From Candidatus Poribacteria bacterium (GTDB lineage Bacteria > Poribacteria > WGA-4E > PCPOR2b): DNA of 64,000 bases. Below the pieces are notes generated by a model that was given only the letters and a program-made list of their open reading frames with translations, made no database searches and had not been told where the DNA came from. Shown here piece after piece: positions 58,670 to 64,000 of the stretch. Position 1 is the first letter of the stretch. Every line of letters starts with the position of its first letter. The translations under genes were made by a program, and so were the position numbers. The stretch is from the NCBI GenBank assembly GCA_965220385.1, contig OZ244825.1, forward strand, positions 777,142-841,141, in the 5' to 3' direction.

Positions 58670-59443
58670 CTATTTGGGTTGATAATTTTCGTGGTGCACA
58701 ACCGTCGATGAGGACAAACGGACGGATTTACCACTCGGCGCGTCAAGGTAGCCGAGCCGCAGCAACGTAATGATCTCGTGGGACTCTGGGATATTGAAGG
58801 ATTCTTGGATTCTTTTTCGATCATCCTGACTTTCCAGCGGTGCACTGACAAACTGTGTGCCGATTTCGAGTGCTGTGGCTGTTAGGAGTAGGTTCTCTAC
58901 GGCAGCGCCCATGCCCAGCCACATCCACCGATCCCCGCCTTCGCCGGGCGGGCGTCTGGTACCGTCCATCAGGACGAGGATGAGCAGCGGCGAACTACGG
59001 ACCAGCTCGGAGATTTCTTTGGCCGGCACCTTGCCTGCGCCCAGATGTCCCAGAATACTGAGATGTTTCGCATGTTTCAGAAGTGGCTTGAGTTTAGTCG
59101 GATCTTTACGGAACATTGGCGGGAGATCAACATGATCGGTCAGCAGCACGCCGTCGCGGCGTTCTTCCCACTCCGCTTCTGTCAGACGCATCCAGCGGCT
59201 ATTGTCATCCAGAAAAGTACTGTCTTTGAATTGATCAACAACACTCTTCGCTGTCAACTCCGCAAGGGCGTTTTTCCCTACGTCTTCACGAATAACGAGG
59301 AACTCCCATGGCTGTGTGTTGAATGGGGAGGGCGCCCACTGCGCCGCTTGGATGAGTTGGTCAAGGTGTTCCTCAGAAATTGCGTCTTTGCGAAAGTCGC
59401 CGCGATGGGTGCGGCGTTGGGCGATAGCATCGAAAAGGTCCAT
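58670..59443 (-). CDS. Nitroreductase family protein
   Basis: AIAQRRT, APSPFNTQPWEF and GAAVENLLLTATAL. Confidence 0.88.
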   Translation of the reverse strand: MDLFDAIAQRRTHRGDFRKDAISEEHLDQLIQAAQWAPSPFNTQPWEFLVIREDVGKNALAELTAKSVVDQFKDSTFLDDNSRWMRLTEAEWEERRDGVLLTDHVDLPPMFRKDPTKLKPLLKHAKHLSILGHLGAGKVPAKEISELVRSSPLLILVLMDGTRRPPGEGGDRWMWLGMGAAVENLLLTATALEIGTQFVSAPLESQDDRKRIQESFNIPESHEIITLLRLGYLDAPSGKSVRLSSSTVVHHENYQPK

Positions 59444-59530
59444 AGGGATCTCCTAACACAAGGCGTAATATATCAGCGTAGCTGCGGATCCAACCCTTTA
59501 CGTTCCACGCTTCACATGTAAGGAAAGAAA

Positions 59531-60760
59531 ATGGCACAACAAACAGACGTTTTAATCGTTGGCGGTGGTATTTGGGGACTGAGCACCGCCTATCACTTAG
59601 CCAAATCAGGACAGAAGGATGTGCTCGTTCTTGAGCGCAACGAGGAAATCGCGGTCGAGACGACACCACAAGCTGCAGGACTCGTCGGTCAAATTCGGTC
59701 CTCCGCTACCATGCTGAATGCGATCCGATACGCGCTCGAACTGTTCTCCCAGTTTCCAAACGAAACCGGACATGATACAGGTCTGCGCCAGACCGGGAGT
59801 TTGATGGTCGCGCTCACGCCAGAACGGATGGAAGCCTACGGGCGTCAAATTGAGCGATCCCACCGAAACGGGATCGAAGCGAACTTTGTCTCCCACGCCG
59901 AGATGACTCGCCTCGCTCCCGCGCTGGATGTCAGCAAGGTTGAGGGTGGATATTTCGTCCCCAACGATGGATACGTCGATCCGCAACAATGCGCTCGTGC
60001 CTATGCCGCTGCCGCAAGGGATTTGGGCGTCCAAATCCAATTGAATACGCCGGTAACAGGATTCCGACAGCGCAATGGGGAGATTCTCGGTGTTGAGACC
60101 GAAAACGGTTTAATCGAGTCAAATCAACTCGTGATCACCGCTGGACCGTGGGGTGCTATGCTCGCCAAGAAACTTGGCGCAACCACGGCAGCACAACCGA
60201 TTCGCCATCAACGCGTCCGCACAGTGGCAAGTCCCGGAATCCCCGACCACCATCCTGCTGTACGTGTCACCGATGTCAGCTGCTATCTGAGACCCGACAA
60301 AGACGGTTACCTCTACGGGTTCTTTGAACCAACACCGGTCAGCATTGATCTGGAAGCGATGCCATCCAACTTCAGGACAGGGGATATTGAACCGCCTGTG
60401 AAGGTCATGGCGGAAGCGCAGAGACGGCTTGTTCCAACCTTCCCGATCCTGAAAGACCTTGAGATTGCCGAGTATCGACGCGGGATGACCACATTTGCGC
60501 CGGACGGCGCCTACCTGATTGGTCCCGTGCCGGGTATTGATCGACTCTACTTAGCCACCGGTTGCGCCGCGCTGGGAATCGCCGGTTCCGCAGCGGTCGG
60601 TCGATGGCTTACGAACTGGATCATCAACGGAAGCCCCGGCGAAGATCTGGGTATGTTCTCCCACCAACGGTTCGGCGCCCAAGCTGCTGATCAGGACTGG
60701 TTGCGTCGAGAGAGTGAACAGTTCTACGCAAACTACTACGGTATCCGCGCCGACGAATGA
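59531..60760 (+). CDS. FAD-dependent oxidoreductase (sarcosine/dimethylglycine dehydrogenase-like, no GcvT domain)
   Basis: VGGGIWG, TTPQAAGL, DGYVDP, TAGPW and TFAPDG. Confidence 0.85.
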   Translation: MAQQTDVLIVGGGIWGLSTAYHLAKSGQKDVLVLERNEEIAVETTPQAAGLVGQIRSSATMLNAIRYALELFSQFPNETGHDTGLRQTGSLMVALTPERMEAYGRQIERSHRNGIEANFVSHAEMTRLAPALDVSKVEGGYFVPNDGYVDPQQCARAYAAAARDLGVQIQLNTPVTGFRQRNGEILGVETENGLIESNQLVITAGPWGAMLAKKLGATTAAQPIRHQRVRTVASPGIPDHHPAVRVTDVSCYLRPDKDGYLYGFFEPTPVSIDLEAMPSNFRTGDIEPPVKVMAEAQRRLVPTFPILKDLEIAEYRRGMTTFAPDGAYLIGPVPGIDRLYLATGCAALGIAGSAAVGRWLTNWIINGSPGEDLGMFSHQRFGAQAADQDWLRRESEQFYANYYGIRADE

Positions 60761-60823
60761 AACGCGAAGACGAGAAAGCCGCATTGAACTATTGAATCCT
60801 TGAACTCAATAAAAAGGTCAGCG

Positions 60824-61705
60824 ATGACAGAACGTGAAGACAATATAGACGATACAAATCCTACCCCTGAACCTATTGGACGACAGCGGGCGATACGGGT
60901 TGACGTGCCCACAAACCTAAATAATATTCGCGTTATCCTGTTTGAACCACGTGAACCGGGCAACATCGGATCTGCAGCGCGGGCGCTCAAGGGAATGGGA
61001 CTCTCCCAACTATACCTCGTCAATCCTGTCCCATTTCTTGACGCTAAACCGACATGGTACATGGCGCACGGCGCAACGGACGTTATTGAGAACTGCTGCG
61101 TTGTGGATACGCTGGAGGAGGCTCTCGAAGGAATTCAGTTTCTCGTCGGCACCACCCATCGGCGACGCGACCCAAGACTGCCACCCTCTGTCTCAGCGAG
61201 AGAAGCTGCACAGGAGATTGCTGCTGTTTCACAGGGTCAGGGGGTGGGGCTGCTATTTGGGCGTGAGGATTTTGGACTATCCACCTCCCAAATCAGCCAC
61301 TGCCAGTTGATAGCGAGCGTACCCATGGCCTCGAAAAATCCCTCTCTGAATTTAGCGCAGGCGGTACAGGTCTTCGCCTACGAAGTCTTTCTTGCAAGCG
61401 CAGGTGACATCCCGCCGCCGGAGTTGGAGTATGCAGACGTCAACGAGATCGAAGCGTTTTACGGTCGTATCACGGCCCTGTTACAACGGATCGGTGTTAC
61501 ACCATACAATCACGATTGGGAAACCTATCTGAAATCGTTGCGGCGTGTGTTTTCGCGGACACGGCTGGAAGAGCGAGACATCGCCACCCTGGATATGATC
61601 TTCTCAACGACGCTCCGCTACATCACCCGGCTCAACCGCCAACTTGAAGACAGGTCAGACACTCCTCCCACCGACCTCTCAGACGAGGACGATCTCAACA
61701 CTTGA
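60824..61705 (+). CDS. trmJ: tRNA (cytidine/uridine-2'-O)-methyltransferase, TrmJ/LasT family
   Basis: PGNIGSAARALKGMG, LFGREDFGL and SLNLAQAV. Confidence 0.88.
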   Translation: MTEREDNIDDTNPTPEPIGRQRAIRVDVPTNLNNIRVILFEPREPGNIGSAARALKGMGLSQLYLVNPVPFLDAKPTWYMAHGATDVIENCCVVDTLEEALEGIQFLVGTTHRRRDPRLPPSVSAREAAQEIAAVSQGQGVGLLFGREDFGLSTSQISHCQLIASVPMASKNPSLNLAQAVQVFAYEVFLASAGDIPPPELEYADVNEIEAFYGRITALLQRIGVTPYNHDWETYLKSLRRVFSRTRLEERDIATLDMIFSTTLRYITRLNRQLEDRSDTPPTDLSDEDDLNT

Positions 61706-62003
61706 CCTTAATCTCATCGTCCTCAACAATCACTTCGTAACATCTAACGCGCAGCCGCTCGTCCGTGTAGCAACGTCCATTTGTAATATCATAAGCGTAA
61801 CTGTGTACCGGGCAGACCACCGCGCCGTTCCTAACCCGTCCCCTGCCAAGAGGGCCCCGCGCGTGTGCGCAGGTGTTGTCTAAGGCGTAGAAATTCTCGT
61901 TGTCAACGTTGAAAACCGCAATCCGTTTCCCGTTCACGGTGAACGCCTTGCCCCGTCCCTCCCGAATATCTGACGTTTTCGCAACCGTCTCATAAGACGA
62001 CAT
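61695..62003 (-). CDS. Rieske [2Fe-2S] ferredoxin (NirD-like)
   Basis: CAHARGPL and CPVH; AGGAG RBS before ATG 62003. Confidence 0.9.
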   Translation of the reverse strand: MSSYETVAKTSDIREGRGKAFTVNGKRIAVFNVDNENFYALDNTCAHARGPLGRGRVRNGAVVCPVHSYAYDITNGRCYTDERLRVRCYEVIVEDDEIKVKC

Positions 62004-62296
62004 AACAATCTCCTTTCTCCTTAGGTCATGTTCAGAAATGATGCAATAGAAACCGATTTTTTCTTGAAAACTCGGTTTCTCTCGGTGTGTTGCAATGTTT
62101 TTTTGGACCCCGTAGGTCAAGTTTCCTAGCCGGGCTACATCAATAAACAAATGGTTTTCACGTTGCACGTCCCGATATCCTTGTCTCCGATTTATTGGAA
62201 GCTTACGAGACCGAGGCTCCCGATTCTATGGGGGCATTACGTTTCACGCTTTCTTCTAGCATGAGCGTTCTTATCAACTCTTGATGCTTCGTTCGT

Positions 62297-63364
62297 TCAG
62301 CCCCGACGTTGGTCTAAGAACATTCGAAAAATATCTTCAAAGAGTCGCACATCGGTCAAGGTGTCCTCACCGGACGACCTGAACGGTGTGTCGTTCCGCA
62401 CATTTTCTATGAAATATTCCGCTTCCCGTCGGTACGCCCATGTCCAAGTCGGTTTCGGGATTGGGCGCGAGACCTCCTGCGTCTCTCCGGCTCGATAAAT
62501 CTCTACCTCCGCGGGGGTATTTTTCAGCAGCAGCGGTGGTGCCCATGTATGCACCCAACCGTCCTCAAAATAAATTTGCGTGTGCTCATCCCACCGATAG
62601 TGCGAAACCCTACCCGTTTCAAGCGTTACCCGCACACCCGCCATGTCGAAGATGACAATCCCGCTGTAACCGTTATTGTCAAGGTCGACGTGTTTGACCT
62701 GCACCTGATCCTTGGCATCCAAAAACCAACGCAGCAAGTTGATATTATGGGTGTACTGCTGCAGGTAACCCAAGTAAGGGCGTACCCATTCTGACGGCAA
62801 CCATTCGGGGGTTTCTGCGGGCGCAGCTGGCTTTGCGACATCGCTCGTTACCATTGGTGTGTCCAGATTACAGATCCATTCCCCACAAAAACCGTGATTC
62901 CTCACGTAGGTCATCCCCCCCAATTCACCGGTCGCTCGAAACTCGTCCACCTTAGACCTTACCAGTTCGTTGCCGGCGTCGTACCGTTTCATGTAGCCGA
63001 CCATCAGTTTCGTGCCAGCGGTTTTCCCAGCAGCGACAATCGACTCCGCCTGCTGAACTGAGACCGCCATCGGCTTCTCCATAAAGACCTGTTTTCCCGC
63101 ACTAAGAAGGTCTTTCGCAATCTCTCCCTGCAACGCGAAATCAGCGGACACCGCAACGGCTTCAATTTCTGGGTCGGCTGCAAGTTCGGTGTGGTCCGTG
63201 TAAAGCCGAGGGATTCCCCATCGCTGCTGCACTTGCTGACCCAGTTCGGTGCGGACCTCTGCCAACGCAACGAGTTTGCAGTTGGGAAGGCTGGTAAAGT
63301 TCGGGATATGCACCTTCTGCGCCATGAAGCCGCAGCCGACATAGCCTAATTTAATCGGGTCCAT
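62297..63364 (-). CDS. Gfo/Idh/MocA family oxidoreductase
   Basis: GYVGCGFMA, EKPMA and GYMKRYD. Confidence 0.9.
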   Translation of the reverse strand: MDPIKLGYVGCGFMAQKVHIPNFTSLPNCKLVALAEVRTELGQQVQQRWGIPRLYTDHTELAADPEIEAVAVSADFALQGEIAKDLLSAGKQVFMEKPMAVSVQQAESIVAAGKTAGTKLMVGYMKRYDAGNELVRSKVDEFRATGELGGMTYVRNHGFCGEWICNLDTPMVTSDVAKPAAPAETPEWLPSEWVRPYLGYLQQYTHNINLLRWFLDAKDQVQVKHVDLDNNGYSGIVIFDMAGVRVTLETGRVSHYRWDEHTQIYFEDGWVHTWAPPLLLKNTPAEVEIYRAGETQEVSRPIPKPTWTWAYRREAEYFIENVRNDTPFRSSGEDTLTDVRLFEDIFRMFLDQRRG

Positions 63365-63497
63365 TCGTTCTGTCTTTTCCTCAACTGAAATATTGGCGAA
63401 TCTCCAAAAAAATCACGGATGATTTCGTGTGGATTTGCGTAGATTCGTGGACGTATGTTGATCTCTTAAAGGCTTATCTGTCGGTGCAGTAGCCTTT

Positions 63498-64000
63498 TTA
63501 TATAGGTCTCATTGCCATGCCTCTTTTGGCTTTTGAAATTAGTCCAATCGTCAGGAAATTTGCCGCTAATCCCCAGACACCGGCGTGGATGCCCAGCGGT
63601 TTCGTTGCGACCCCCATGCCAGCAAGGTTGGCGAACATGATCCCTAACGCAACGCAGGTGCCGACAAGCAACCCCGACAGAACAGCATCGGTGCGGAGCG
63701 ATTTCAGGTGGACACCGAGGAAGATGGCGGGTGCGACTTGGCAAAGTAGCTCCAGTTTAATTTCTGTCAGCCTCCAGAGCGTCTGCGGGAGCTGAATCGC
63801 CAGAAAAACCAACACCGCCATAAGGCCCCACGAGAAAACTTTTCCTGTAACGGTCAGGTGATGCTGAGAAACATCGGGACGCATCCGTTTATACAGATCT
63901 TGCGTAAAAACGGAGGAGACCGCAAGCAACGCGGAGTCGACGGTGGACATAATCGCAGCGACAGCGGCAGAAAGAAAGAGGATAAGCAGGATTCGGATGC
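63498..64000 (-). CDS. Sodium:solute symporter family protein, 5' part outside the window
   Basis: AAVAAIMSTVDSALLAVSSVFTQDLY signature and multiple TM helices. Confidence 0.85.
   Translation of the reverse strand, partial: IRILLILFLSAAVAAIMSTVDSALLAVSSVFTQDLYKRMRPDVSQHHLTVTGKVFSWGLMAVLVFLAIQLPQTLWRLTEIKLELLCQVAPAIFLGVHLKSLRTDAVLSGLLVGTCVALGIMFANLAGMGVATKPLGIHAGVWGLAANFLTIGLISKAKRGMAMRPI

Overview
A 64-kb bacterial chromosomal window, probably from Candidatus Poribacteria or a relative (inference from the NYPNPFNPETWIPY C-terminal domains, LRR/cohesin/dockerin surface proteins, PhyH, many aldo-keto reductase and Gfo/Idh/MocA paralogues, and dense REP/MITE-like repeats). Most of the window encodes catabolic and housekeeping enzymes. 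The most striking structure is a ~10-kb accessory island (about 10,170-20,210) lying between a CitE-like lyase gene and a sucCD-like ligase pair. It holds three homologous sigma-54 promoters (TGGCATG-N4-TTGC), each preceded at identical spacing by an array of TTAGYAA-N3-TTRCTAA palindromes. Each promoter drives a two-gene cassette encoding a small secreted protein plus a single-pass membrane-anchored acidic partner. The island also carries its own sigma-54 activator lacking a sensor domain, and four copies of a ~170-bp terminator-containing repeat that delimit the cassettes. An intact IS701-family element with an adjacent cognate MITE, several other MITE/REP families and local duplications are also present. 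No rRNA, tRNA or CRISPR array was seen.
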